From Pseudomonadota bacterium (GTDB taxonomy: Bacteria > Bdellovibrionota_C > UBA2361 > SZUA-149), in the NCBI GenBank assembly GCA_029555385.1, contig JAKPSH010000212.1, forward strand, positions 1,151 through 65,150: a stretch of 64,000 nucleotides of DNA, read 5' to 3'. Each line of letters begins with the position of its first letter. The stretch's first letter is position 1. The notes under the pieces were generated by a model. It saw nothing but the letters and a program-made list of their open reading frames with translations. It made no database searches and was not told the origin of the DNA. Below, in pieces: positions 9,406 through 19,339 of this stretch. Position numbers and translations under genes: made by a program.

Positions 9406-9620
9406 CTTATTCCCTATTAATAAGTTACGTTTCTAGGTACAGGATGCGCTGAGACTTAGTCGGATATGGCTGTCAAGCCGCGCCCAAAGACTGTCAAAGA
9501 ATTACAGACCGCCTGCGCAAGAGGCGAAGAGCACCAAGAAGAGTGACTCCTCGAGCTGAAAGGCATTTAGAAAATAAGGAAAAGCCATAGCTTTGTAATT
9601 ATATGCCAAGCTGCCGTTTG

Positions 9621-9652
9621 ATTGCAAAAGAAAAACCAGCGCGGCTATGGTT
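9621..9652 (-). terminator. candidate terminator of protease gene (stem AACC…GGTT overlapping stop, then TTTTCTTTTG on minus strand)
   Basis: Read directly; imperfect stem. Confidence 0.3.
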
Positions 9653-12566
9653 AAAGCGGAATATCTCCAGGTAATCCGAACTGATGGCGGACCATTTCGC
9701 CATTGGCCGAATAGCGGATGAACCATTCGCCGCTTGTTGGACGAAATACCGTAATATCGCCCTTGCCGTCACCGTCGTAATCGCCGCTGCAGCGCGGGAT
9801 ATCACCCAAAGAACCGAAGTTGTTTACACTGGCGCCGCCGCTCGCGTATGCTCCATACCAGTCAAGCGTATTCTCGCGGCGCACTCGGACCACGATTCGA
9901 TCGTCGTTGCTGTCCCCATCGAGATCGCACGCAAGCGGCGTATCTCCCGGATCTCCCCAAGGCAGCGACCAGAGAAGCACGCCTGATGTGTTCTTAATCG
10001 ACCAGAAGCGAATCAACTGCCACACGGAAGCATATTCGTGACGCCCATCGCCATTAAAATCACCGCTGAGCGGATCAAAACCCCAGCCGCCAAGCGCCAC
10101 ACCGGTATAAGCGCCCGTGTTGCCGGTCAGAGCGGCATCACGGTTGAAGCCAGCAGAAGAATACAGCGTGTAAAATGCGCCGCTGGCTGCGCGGTATACG
10201 GTCAGGTCACTTCGCCCATCACCGTCAAAGTCGCCGGCAAGCGGCGCATCCCCAGGCAGACCCCATTGCATCGCAGTAATTGCAGAATACGCCGCGCTGG
10301 ACAGCCGGAAGTACCATGTTCCGTTCGCGGGACGCCAGACAGCGAGGTCCAATGAACCATCACCGTCATAATCGCCTGTGAGCGGCACATCTCCAGGCAG
10401 CCCGAGCTGAAAACTCTGCCGCTGCGCGTACTGCCAACCGGAACTCGATGTCAAAATAAACCAATAACCATTGCCCGGACGCCACACGATGATATCCGTC
10501 ACGCCGTCCCCGTCAAAATCAGAACGCGCGGGAGCCTGCCGCGCTGCTTCCAGTAAGAACCGCAACGCCTTGCCGCTGCCCACTTGCTCCTGGTTTGCCG
10601 TGTTGTGACCGATCGTCAGCTTCTCACCGTTTACGCCGCTCACCGGCGCAAGCCCGATAGATGCGCTTGCACCATAATTGTAATTGGAATCTCCATGGTA
10701 GGTATCGGGGTAATGATATTCAATCAGCCCGGATGAATTAAACTTTAGTTGGAAGCGAATCTCAGTCTCGGCGTTTGATGAAACGCGGTGCGCATAGTTC
10801 GCGCTAACCCAGGTAATCACTGCGCTAGAGCTGTCCGTTTTCAGCCAGACTCCTCCCTCTGCGGGATTCAGGGGCGCAGGAACGAGATCGTCATGATAAA
10901 CACAGATGCCTTGTGAGAGGCTGTTCGAATAATCCATCCGATCCGGAGCACTCTGACCGGAGGCCAACGGGATGACGCGCCCATTGGACGAAATGGCGAT
11001 TCGCGAAAAAGACGACCCGTAATAGGAGAAAGCGAATGGCAGCTCTGCGGTATAATATCCGTCATCAACCTGCAGCACGCGCTGGCCGAGGTTTGGATCA
11101 TAATCCATAGCCACTGCGGTGCTGCTGTAGCGCGCGGCTTCGCCGGGATCCGGAAGACCGCTGCGCGCATTGGTTAGTGCATTGAGCGCGCTGACAATCC
11201 CCGGCGCCTGCATCAAACCATTTAGTGTCGCTAAGGGCTTTACCGTCGCCATCAGGCGCGATTTCAACTCCACGGCGCTCAACGTCCCTTCGCGGGCAGC
11301 AACCAGCGCCGCGATGCCGCTGACAAACGGCGTCGCCATGGAAGTGCCGCTCATCGTTGAGTAACTGCTGTTGATGACCGTGCTCAAAATGTCCACTCCC
11401 GGTGCTCCGACATCAACGCTGGACACACCATAGTTGGAAAAATATGCCAGATTGCCGTTGTGGTCGAGTGCCGCAACAGACATTACGCTGGGCGCATCAA
11501 AATTTGCCGGATAACTGGCGAAAGCGTCGTTGTCCTCTCCATCATTGCCCGCAGCGGCGACAAAAAGCAGACCCGCATTTGAAGCGGCAGCCACTGCTGC
11601 CTCGAGTGATTGGGCATAATAGCCCGAGCCCCATGAATTGCTCAGCACCTTAAGATTGACTCCCGCCTGACGCATGCGAATTGCATATTCAATGGCCTCG
11701 ATCGCATCGTCCAGCGTTCCCGAGCCGCCGGAATCCAGGAACTTCAGCGCCATGATCTTCACATTCCAGTTCACACCAACGATGCCGCGGCTATTGTTGC
11801 CGGCAGCACCGATGATACCGGCGCAGTGCGAGCCGTGTCCGTGATCATCCATCGGATTGCCCGAATTGGCCACAGCATTGTAGCCATAGACATCGTCAAC
11901 AACGCCGTTATGATCATCGTCGATGCCATTTCCGGCGACCTCGTACGGATTGTTCCACATATTTGCGGCAAGGTCCGGGTGGTTGTACTGCACTCCGGTG
12001 TCAACGACTCCAACAACGACACTGCCGCTGCCGGTAGTCAGATCCCATGCCTCAACCGCATCAACATCAATATTAGCCGTCCCGCCGGTTTGTCCGGAAT
12101 TGTTCAAGCCCCATTGACTGGCAAACTGCGTGTCGTTCGGCGTAACCGCATTGAGGGAAATAATATAGTTCGGCTCAATGTATTCAACCACACCATCTGC
12201 CAGTAACTGCTTCGCGTAAGCATCATTGAATTCACCGCCGCTTTGCGTCTCGACGAGCTGAGCTTCCGTGATTTTGTGCTCGCGCACGAGGTTGACTCGA
12301 AGAGCGCGCCGCATCAAATGCTCACGATGCGCAGGCACAGCGCCGGTCCTCTTGGCAAATTTAATAATAAACTGATTAGGCACAGCCCGCGGCGCGTCTG
12401 CCGCGGCTTCCGCACAGACCAATCCCGCCGTGATTAAGACAATGCAGCACATCAGCACACCGTCATGGCGTTGGCGCCCGCAGCATTTGCGCGGCCTGTG
12501 CAAAAAACTATAAATGGCGGAAAAGGCCAGAGAAAGCGAAAGAAGAACCGATACTACCAGAACCAT
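9651..12566 (-). CDS. secreted subtilisin-like serine protease (peptidase S8 with I9 propeptide) carrying six C-terminal FG-GAP/VCBS-type repeats
   Basis: Catalytic triad motifs VVGVVDTGV, HGHGSHCAGIIGA, GTSMATPFVSGIAAL; N-terminal signal and inhibitor-I9-like FIIKF; repeated G[DY][FY][DN]GDG…D…VWRP..G.W units (e.g. DFDGDGVTDIIVWRPGNGYWF, GDYDGDGKGDITVFRPTSGEWF). Confidence 0.9.
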   Translation of the reverse strand: MVLVVSVLLSLSLAFSAIYSFLHRPRKCCGRQRHDGVLMCCIVLITAGLVCAEAAADAPRAVPNQFIIKFAKRTGAVPAHREHLMRRALRVNLVREHKITEAQLVETQSGGEFNDAYAKQLLADGVVEYIEPNYIISLNAVTPNDTQFASQWGLNNSGQTGGTANIDVDAVEAWDLTTGSGSVVVGVVDTGVQYNHPDLAANMWNNPYEVAGNGIDDDHNGVVDDVYGYNAVANSGNPMDDHGHGSHCAGIIGAAGNNSRGIVGVNWNVKIMALKFLDSGGSGTLDDAIEAIEYAIRMRQAGVNLKVLSNSWGSGYYAQSLEAAVAAASNAGLLFVAAAGNDGEDNDAFASYPANFDAPSVMSVAALDHNGNLAYFSNYGVSSVDVGAPGVDILSTVINSSYSTMSGTSMATPFVSGIAALVAAREGTLSAVELKSRLMATVKPLATLNGLMQAPGIVSALNALTNARSGLPDPGEAARYSSTAVAMDYDPNLGQRVLQVDDGYYTAELPFAFSYYGSSFSRIAISSNGRVIPLASGQSAPDRMDYSNSLSQGICVYHDDLVPAPLNPAEGGVWLKTDSSSAVITWVSANYAHRVSSNAETEIRFQLKFNSSGLIEYHYPDTYHGDSNYNYGASASIGLAPVSGVNGEKLTIGHNTANQEQVGSGKALRFLLEAARQAPARSDFDGDGVTDIIVWRPGNGYWFILTSSSGWQYAQRQSFQLGLPGDVPLTGDYDGDGSLDLAVWRPANGTWYFRLSSAAYSAITAMQWGLPGDAPLAGDFDGDGRSDLTVYRAASGAFYTLYSSAGFNRDAALTGNTGAYTGVALGGWGFDPLSGDFNGDGRHEYASVWQLIRFWSIKNTSGVLLWSLPWGDPGDTPLACDLDGDSNDDRIVVRVRRENTLDWYGAYASGGASVNNFGSLGDIPRCSGDYDGDGKGDITVFRPTSGEWFIRYSANGEMVRHQFGLPGDIPL

Positions 12567-12938
12567 AAAAACTACGACTATACTTCACCAATAAGGCACA
12601 ATACCCAACGCACCCGATAGAGAAGTAATCGTCAGTTTTCCGGCCGGACTAAATGTCCCATTTCAAGTTAATATTGGACGCCCAAATTTCCTGCTAAGTA
12701 TGGGCAGCTGCACCGTTAACGGCCATATCTTGCACGCGCTGCGCTCGCCAGAGCGTGCGGAAATTAGGCCAAGAACTGACCGCGCAATAGTCATCCGCCC
12801 GGACTTATTCAACAAATACGAACAGAGGCCCCGCGTGACCACGCGATACAGGCACTTGCAGATTCATGATACTCCGGGACCCCGGCAGCCGGGATCCCGG
12901 ATCCGTGAAGGGACGCAAGGAAGAACTGGTGAAGTTCC

Positions 12939-13358
12939 TTATTGACCAGCGCCTTCGAGATTACGGATTTCTTCCTGTTCAACGTCCAGGAGTTCGTCAG
13001 CGTCTTCTACCGCATCTTCACGTTCAACTTCGATCATTGATGCCGTAGTTTTCACTGCCGCAAGCACTGTCCCTCCCTCAAGGTTTGGCGCTATCATCTC
13101 TTCGTGCTCAGCTCCAGCTTGCGCTTCAGCTTCGCGCTTTCTCCGTGCACCTACACGGAGAACCTTGGCGGCGTGCAGCCCTTTATCACCCTCGCAGAGC
13201 TCGTAATCAACTTCTTCGCCATCCTTGAGAGTCTTAAAGCCATCCCATTCAATTACTGAATAATGCACAAAAACATCTCTGCCGCTTGAATGTTCGATGA
13301 AGCCAAACCCTTTAGCGTCATTAAACCACTTAACGACTCCTCGCAGTAACTCAGCCAT
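12939..13358 (-). CDS. cold-shock-domain protein with ~70-aa acidic C-terminal extension
   Basis: N-terminal CSD GVVKWFNDAKGFGFIEHSSGRDVFVHYSVI (RNP1/RNP2 motifs); C-terminal Glu/Asp-rich tail; ~580-bp upstream non-coding leader (13359-13937). Confidence 0.85.
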   Translation of the reverse strand: MAELLRGVVKWFNDAKGFGFIEHSSGRDVFVHYSVIEWDGFKTLKDGEEVDYELCEGDKGLHAAKVLRVGARRKREAEAQAGAEHEEMIAPNLEGGTVLAAVKTTASMIEVEREDAVEDADELLDVEQEEIRNLEGAGQ

Positions 13359-13955
13359 GCCGGTAACTCCTTCAATCACAACAATAACATCAACCCTGGG
13401 CTAATCGCGCCCGAAGTATAACAATGTGCTGTTACAACAATAACACTTGCAATCCGGCGCAAACCGCTCCCGAAAAGTAAAACGGGAGGCTCCCAGCTCG
13501 AAAACGAAATGCAATCTCCGCTCCAAAAACGACTACTCGGCTCCGGTTATCTCCACTCAAACATTTGCCGTTACGCATCATACCTGAGCCACCGAAGCCT
13601 TTGCCCAAGGTTGAGGAGTACAACCCCCCTACAAGACATGCTTTATTCGAAAGCCTAATCTTTGGCAACAAAATTAACGAGACATCTATGTAATCGGAAC
13701 GTCGAAACCTCCTATGATTCACTGATGGATTATCCGCCGGATAAGCGGCTAATTTTTCCCACAACCAATGATAAAATTGCCGCACCGCTTGGTTCTTAAG
13801 TAATAAGTACATTATTTACTTGCCAAATAGGCGGATCATTCTGATCATCAGCAACTGTTGCGCATCGTACGCAATGCGCGAATTATCCAAAAAGACATAG
13901 GACGTTATCGCCGCGGTTCCAGCGGCCTACGGACAAGGTGCCAAGGAGACTGTCT

Positions 13956-15470
13956 GTGCCCGACAATGAACAACGCCAGGTGCATGTTGACGATGCGTGT
14001 TTTCGTCTAGCTTTCGAAGCATGCCCGAGCCCGATGATGCTTGTCGACAGCAGCGGCGAGATTGTCGCTGTCAATAAGAACTGGGAATCAGCCGCAAATT
14101 GCAGGGCCGACAGTCTTATCGGCAGTAGCTTTACCGGTTTCTTTCGCTGCTGCAAGTGCGACAAAGACGCGCTGGTGCTGCTGGACGGCTGGCAGGGAGA
14201 CGTTGACTGGTGTTCGGCACCTCTTTGCCCGCAGCGCTTTTTCGTGACTGTTCATGAACTCTCGTTAAGCAAGCTCTTCCTCTTGGTACTCTACCCCCAA
14301 TCCAATGATTCTGGAGCGAGCGATTACAGCGCTGCATTTCAGCGCCGCAAACTCGAATCCCTAGGGGTCCTCGCAAGCAGCATGGCGCACGACCTGAACA
14401 ATATCCTGACCGGCGTTCTTGGGCATGTCTCTTACTTGCGGCTTGCCGGCTCCACTGAGATCGCACAAAGCGAATCCGTAGTCGCCATTGAGCATGGCGC
14501 ACGGCGCGCTTCTGCTTTGTCTCAGCAGATTCTCGATTTCGCAAGGCGGGAGCAGGTTGAACTCGGCACGGTAAATCTTAGCTTAGTTGTGGCCGCAGGC
14601 ATTAACTTGCTTCGCGTTTCACTGCCCGAAAATATTGAGCTGCGTTTTCGCGGCACAGCAGCAGATATTTTTGTTTGCGGCCAGGAAAGCCAGCTCAGCC
14701 AGCTTTTCATGAATCTCACCGTAAACGCCAAAGAAGCGCTGTCTGCCGGGGGCACAATCGAGGTATCCTTAGATGTAGTCACGCTCAAGACCGCGATGCG
14801 TACGGATGACCTCGAACTTGCTCCGGGAGATTACGCGCGTCTTTCTGTCGCCGACAATGGCTCAGGCATTCCCGCGGATCTGCGTGCGCGGATCTTTGAG
14901 CCTTTTTTCACCACGAAGAGCAAACGCGGCACGGGGTTGGGTCTCGCCACGGTCTATTCCATCGTACGCGCTCATCGCGGGCTGATCTCGCTGTTGAGCA
15001 CGGAGGATATCGGCACGCGGTTTGATGTTTATCTTCCGCTCAGCGGAGCTGAACCCACGGCAGTCGAAGAATCTTCACGCGTGGAACTTCCCGGCGGCGC
15101 GGAACATATTCTGGTCGTTGATGATGAGGAAGCTGTACGCACGGTGATTCAGCGCAGCCTTGAACATTTGGGCTATACTGTCGTTGTTGCCAGCGGCGGC
15201 GCCGAGGCGCTTGCTGTTTTCAGCGAAGCTCCGCAGAGATTTAGTTTGGTGATCATGGACATGATCATGCCGCACATGTCGGGAGATCAGCTTTTTTATA
15301 AACTGCGCGAGATACACGCTGCGGTGCGCGTACTGGTCGCCTCTGGTTACTCCAGCGACAACCGCACCAAAGCGATTTTAAGTGACGGAGCACTCGGTTT
15401 TATTCAAAAGCCATTTGCGGTGGATGAACTAGCCCACGAAGTTCGCCGCTGCCTTGACCAGCACCACTGA
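13956..15470 (+). CDS. hybrid sensor histidine kinase (PAS - HisKA - HATPase - receiver)
   Basis: PAS-like N-terminus (MMLVDSSGEIVAVNKNWE), H-box SSMAHDLNNIL, HATPase G-boxes (DNGSGI, GTGLGL), C-terminal REC (HILVVDDEEAVR…IMDMIMPHMSG…). Start set at GTG 13956 with SD AAGGAGA 7 nt upstream. Confidence 0.9.
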   Translation: MPDNEQRQVHVDDACFRLAFEACPSPMMLVDSSGEIVAVNKNWESAANCRADSLIGSSFTGFFRCCKCDKDALVLLDGWQGDVDWCSAPLCPQRFFVTVHELSLSKLFLLVLYPQSNDSGASDYSAAFQRRKLESLGVLASSMAHDLNNILTGVLGHVSYLRLAGSTEIAQSESVVAIEHGARRASALSQQILDFARREQVELGTVNLSLVVAAGINLLRVSLPENIELRFRGTAADIFVCGQESQLSQLFMNLTVNAKEALSAGGTIEVSLDVVTLKTAMRTDDLELAPGDYARLSVADNGSGIPADLRARIFEPFFTTKSKRGTGLGLATVYSIVRAHRGLISLLSTEDIGTRFDVYLPLSGAEPTAVEESSRVELPGGAEHILVVDDEEAVRTVIQRSLEHLGYTVVVASGGAEALAVFSEAPQRFSLVIMDMIMPHMSGDQLFYKLREIHAAVRVLVASGYSSDNRTKAILSDGALGFIQKPFAVDELAHEVRRCLDQHH

Positions 15471-15487
15471 GCACCGGAGCAGACCAG

Positions 15488-16762
15488 ATGGATGCCGACT
15501 CCGCTGTCGAGAGACAAGAACTGCTGAGTTTACTGCGTATCTCAGAGCAAATAAACGCCGGATTCACTTTTGAGCAAATCATGGAAACGGTGTATGAGGC
15601 GTTTCGCGGCATTATCCCGTATGACCGGATCGGTCTGGCAATGTTTGCCGACTCAGGCCGCAAGCTGCGCGCCTGCTGGCATAAAGCAGATTACCCAACT
15701 CATTCTTTCCATCACGGCTATACGGTCGATTATAACTCGGCCAGCCTCGCACGTGTGCTCGCGAGCAACGAGCCGCGTATTATCAACAACTTGCATGACT
15801 ACCATCTGCACCATCCTGAATCCAGTGCGACCAGACACGCACTGCAGGACGGCATCCTCTCTTCGTTAACCTGCCCACTCTGGGCGCCTAATGGCGCGCT
15901 CGGCTTCCTCTTTTTTTCCAGCCGCAGCCCGAGTACCTACGCTGCTGCACACGTCGAAACTTTTCGCCGCATCGCTGCCGGTGTTGCCATCGCCATCGAA
16001 AAGGGCAGGCTGGTCTCAGAGCTTGTCGAGCAGAAAAAGACGGTCTCCGCGCAAAATGAAGAACTCCAGCGCCTGAATGAATTAAAGAACAGCTTGCTCG
16101 GAATGGCCGCTCACGATTTGCGCGGACCGGCTTCGAACATCAAAGCAGTTGCGGAAATGCTGGCCGATGCAGAAATTGAACTCAGCGCCGAAGACGAGAA
16201 TACCCTGCTGGACACCGCGCTGCGTCAGAGCGTGCACATGCTCTCGCTGATCGACGGCCTGCTTGATGTCAATAAGATTGAAAACGGCAAACTAGTGCTA
16301 AAACCGCTGCCGGTGAATGTGCCGTTTTTTCTTGAGGAAATCATCCGTGATCAAAACCGGTTCGCCGCGCGAAAAGGCGTGCGAGTCATAGCGGATCGCA
16401 TTGCGCCGGGCACGGTGTGCGCCGATCCCGTGCGCCTGCGCCAGATCCTCGACAACCTGATCTCAAACGGTGTTAAATTCACCCCCCGGCAGACAAAGGT
16501 GCTTGTTCACGCGGCAAGAGAGAACGGCTGCTGGCGCTTCAGCGTACGGGATCAAGGACCAGGGCTTACAGAACAGGACTTGGCCTGCTTGTTCGCAGAA
16601 TTCCAGCCGCTCTCCGCGCAGCCAACGGCAGGAGAAAAGAGTCACGGACTCGGTTTGGCAATTACTTCGCGCCTCGTCCGGGCACATGGCGGAGAAATCG
16701 GCGTTGAGTCAAACCCCGGTGCCGGAGCCACCTTCTGGTTCACGCTGCCCGCGCAAGGATAG
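15488..16762 (+). CDS. GAF-domain sensor histidine kinase
   Basis: N-terminal GAF-like region, H-box GMAAHDLRGP, N-box LRQILDNLISNGVKFTP, G-boxes DQGPGL, GLGL; 17 nt after preceding kinase. Confidence 0.9.
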   Translation: MDADSAVERQELLSLLRISEQINAGFTFEQIMETVYEAFRGIIPYDRIGLAMFADSGRKLRACWHKADYPTHSFHHGYTVDYNSASLARVLASNEPRIINNLHDYHLHHPESSATRHALQDGILSSLTCPLWAPNGALGFLFFSSRSPSTYAAAHVETFRRIAAGVAIAIEKGRLVSELVEQKKTVSAQNEELQRLNELKNSLLGMAAHDLRGPASNIKAVAEMLADAEIELSAEDENTLLDTALRQSVHMLSLIDGLLDVNKIENGKLVLKPLPVNVPFFLEEIIRDQNRFAARKGVRVIADRIAPGTVCADPVRLRQILDNLISNGVKFTPRQTKVLVHAARENGCWRFSVRDQGPGLTEQDLACLFAEFQPLSAQPTAGEKSHGLGLAITSRLVRAHGGEIGVESNPGAGATFWFTLPAQG

Positions 16763-16780
16763 CGCGTTTTTTCCGTTCCT

Positions 16781-16808
16781 TTGACAGGACCTTGCTCTTC
16801 ACTGTAAT
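16781..16808 (+). promoter_or_regulatory. candidate sigma70 promoter for rmlB (TTGACA 16781-16786, 16-nt spacer, TGTAAT 16803-16808)
   Basis: Hexamers read directly; ~40 nt upstream of ATG 16851. Confidence 0.4.
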
Positions 16809-16850
16809 CTTGCGCACGTCAGATTTCTGCTCATGATAAGGTTGCATAAA

Positions 16851-17897
16851 ATGAAAAATTTACTGGTCACTGGCGGCTGCGGCTTTATCGGTTCGAATTT
16901 TATCCGTTATCTGTTTACCGAAGCAGAATTCAACGGAGCAGTGGTCAATGTTGATAAGCTGACCTATGCCGCAAACCCCCAGAGTCTGGCTGATATTGAG
17001 CGTGTATTTGGGGCGCGCTACCGGCTTTATCCGTTGGACATTTGCGACCGGGACAAGCTCGCCCAGCTTTTTGCTGAAACGCAAATAGACGCGGTGTGTC
17101 ACTTTGCCGCAGAATCTCACGTTGACCGCTCAATTGCTTGGCCCGACGATTTCATTCAAGCAAATATCATCGGCACGTACAATCTCCTGGAAATATCCCG
17201 CCAGACCAAGGGCCAAGTTGAGCTGTTTCATCATGTGAGCACCGACGAAGTCTTCGGCAGCCTGGGCCGGGAAGGGTATTTTACCGAGGAGACGCCTTAC
17301 CGGCCCAACAGTCCTTATTCAGCATCAAAAGCCGCCTCAGATCATATTGTCCGCGCGTATTTCAAGACCTACGGCCTGCCAGTTACGATCTCCAATTGTT
17401 CAAACAACTACGGTCCTTATCAGTTTCCGGAAAAGCTCATTCCGCTGATGATCATCAACGCCCTGGAAGGCAAGCCGCTTCCCGTCTACGGTGACGGCAA
17501 GAACGTGCGGGATTGGCTGTATGTGCGCGATCACTGTGCGGCAATCTGGCGCATCATGCGAAACGGGCGCCGCGGGGAAACTTACAATATCGGCGGCAGA
17601 AGCGAGATGGAAAACATCACTGTTGTTGAAATGATCGCCGGCTTGGTCGATGAGCTCGCCGGTTCGAGGTCCAAACCGCGGCGTGAGTTAATCACCTATG
17701 TCACAGATCGCCCCGGACATGACCGCCGCTACGCCATCGATTCTACGAAAATCGAAACGGAACTGGGCTGGAAGCCGGAAGAATCTTTCGCATCGGGCCT
17801 GCAAAAAACCGTTGAATGGTACCTCTCGAACGCGGCGTGGGTGAACAGCGTGCGCACCGGCGAATATCAAGAGTGGATTCGTCGACATTACGGCTAA
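16851..17897 (+). CDS. rfbB: dTDP-glucose 4,6-dehydratase
   Basis: LVTGGCGFIGSNF Rossmann, YSASKAASD active site Yx3K, strong collinear similarity to RmlB recalled (…NCSNNYGPYQFPEKLIPLMI…); ATG 16851 with AGG SD preferred over 16833. Confidence 0.93.
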   Translation: MKNLLVTGGCGFIGSNFIRYLFTEAEFNGAVVNVDKLTYAANPQSLADIERVFGARYRLYPLDICDRDKLAQLFAETQIDAVCHFAAESHVDRSIAWPDDFIQANIIGTYNLLEISRQTKGQVELFHHVSTDEVFGSLGREGYFTEETPYRPNSPYSASKAASDHIVRAYFKTYGLPVTISNCSNNYGPYQFPEKLIPLMIINALEGKPLPVYGDGKNVRDWLYVRDHCAAIWRIMRNGRRGETYNIGGRSEMENITVVEMIAGLVDELAGSRSKPRRELITYVTDRPGHDRRYAIDSTKIETELGWKPEESFASGLQKTVEWYLSNAAWVNSVRTGEYQEWIRRHYG

Positions 17898-18145
17898 ACG
17901 CGTCGTCGAAAACTCAATCCGTTTTATGGTCCCATGTAAACATGTTCTTCCGGCCAGTAAATTCAGTGACGCAACCCGCTCTTAATGACCTCTCGGTGTG
18001 AGCGACACGCGCTGCGTAAGACGGATTTGCGTAATAGACTCTCGAGGAATACTAGGCGGTTAATACGGGGAGTGTGTATATTTCTTGTGGATATACATAT
18101 ATAGGTGTATTATGATTAGTAAGGGTTTTTCGGCCGCACTATCGA

Positions 18146-18697
18146 GTGCGCTTGGGGGTTGTTATGAGAGATTTGGATTACGGGTTGAATGAGTTCTTGG
18201 CTATCTGCTGCATGGGAGTGGTGGCTTGCGTGACAATGGTTCTTGCAAGTTCCGTTTTCGTTCAGCACTTCGCTTTATCCGGCCACTTAAGCGTGATTCC
18301 GGTGATGTGGTGCATGCTTACGCTTCCACTGCTTCTCACAGGTCTGCTCGCCGGAAAACACTCTCTTTGCACAATGGCAACAGTCGGCGCAGTAATCTAT
18401 GTGTTCGGTTTAGCTTGCCCTTTACGGTGCGAGCCAAATGACCTTTCCGTTTATACGGATGGAGTTGTCATTTCTATATGCCCATCCATTCTTTTCGCCT
18501 GGGTCCTCATTGAGTTTAGACACCTAATTGTTTCTAAAATGAAGAGGTCGGCATCAACGAGCTGGCGCCAAACGGGAAGACATTGCGACAGGGAAGTTGA
18601 TGCGCCCTTTTATTCGTGCGGGCTCGGAGAAAAAGAGCTTGTAATGGATACACAACAGCAAAAAGTCAAACAGCGATTCGTCGCAAATCAGCTCTAG
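18146..18697 (+). CDS. four-helix membrane protein, hypothetical (first gene of low-GC islet)
   Basis: 183-aa ORF in AT-rich context; hydrophobic helices; no family recognised. Confidence 0.45.
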   Translation: MRLGVVMRDLDYGLNEFLAICCMGVVACVTMVLASSVFVQHFALSGHLSVIPVMWCMLTLPLLLTGLLAGKHSLCTMATVGAVIYVFGLACPLRCEPNDLSVYTDGVVISICPSILFAWVLIEFRHLIVSKMKRSASTSWRQTGRHCDREVDAPFYSCGLGEKELVMDTQQQKVKQRFVANQL

Positions 18698-18702
18698 GAT
18701 GA

Positions 18703-19131
18703 TTGTCCATGATCAAGCCTGCTGAAGCAATCGGGATGTCTTCTGGGAAAGCAATAAAAATATCGTATATCCTCACGCAACAGGATCGCGAGGCTTTCAA
18801 TGATTACTGGCGCAGCTCTCGACACTATTTGTCAGAATTCTGGCTTTGGCGTCAGTTCCTTTGCTTTTGCTATTTCATGCTCGTTCCATTCTTTGAAGGC
18901 GGTTCGCCTCCTTCATGGAAAGATTTGCCGACCCGCCGCAAGCTTCTATATTTAGGACCAGTAAAGCTTGAGATTCTAGAATCCGCATTCCAGATCTATA
19001 CCAACCAGGCAAGCGAAAGTTATACTTGGGAGTGCCTCCAAGCCGTTGAACAAACATCAAGCCATATTTTTCTTAAACTTGGAGCAAGAACTTGTGTTGT
19101 TCCAAGACATGCATTTGATTCCGACGACTAG
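18703..19131 (+). CDS. hypothetical protein, possibly YcxB-like
   Basis: 142-aa ORF 6 nt after previous gene; hydrophobic hairpin in the middle; assignment weak. Confidence 0.4.
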   Translation: MSMIKPAEAIGMSSGKAIKISYILTQQDREAFNDYWRSSRHYLSEFWLWRQFLCFCYFMLVPFFEGGSPPSWKDLPTRRKLLYLGPVKLEILESAFQIYTNQASESYTWECLQAVEQTSSHIFLKLGARTCVVPRHAFDSDD

Positions 19132-19176
19132 CTAAACGACTTCGTGAAAGATATAGAACGGCTTCGGAAGAAATAA

Positions 19177-19275
19177 CAACAAATAGCCGCACACGAATCC
19201 ACCCGCACAACCAAACTCTACGACCGCACCAACGATGAAGTGATTCTCGACGAAATCGAAAAAATTATGATCTAG
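19177..19275 (+). pseudogene. C-terminal remnant of a tyrosine recombinase/integrase
   Basis: Short open frame QQIAAHESTRTTKLYDRTNDEVILDEIEKIMI* reproduces the integrase C-terminal signature (L)LGH-S-x-TT-x-Y (catalytic Tyr); no upstream catalytic domain. Confidence 0.35.
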
Positions 19276-19339
19276 TGGACTAAAGTTAGTCTTCTACGAC
19301 AGATCGGCGCTAGGTGTACGAACAGCAGGCCAGACCATA

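Noticed and set aside
13432-13812. 126-aa ORF in the cold-shock gene leader
   Set aside because: No RBS and odd composition; more likely part of a long 5' UTR/promoter region.
17655-17675. tRNA-like GGTTCGAGGTCC motif
   Set aside because: Inside the rmlB coding frame with no surrounding cloverleaf; no tRNA genes found in the window.
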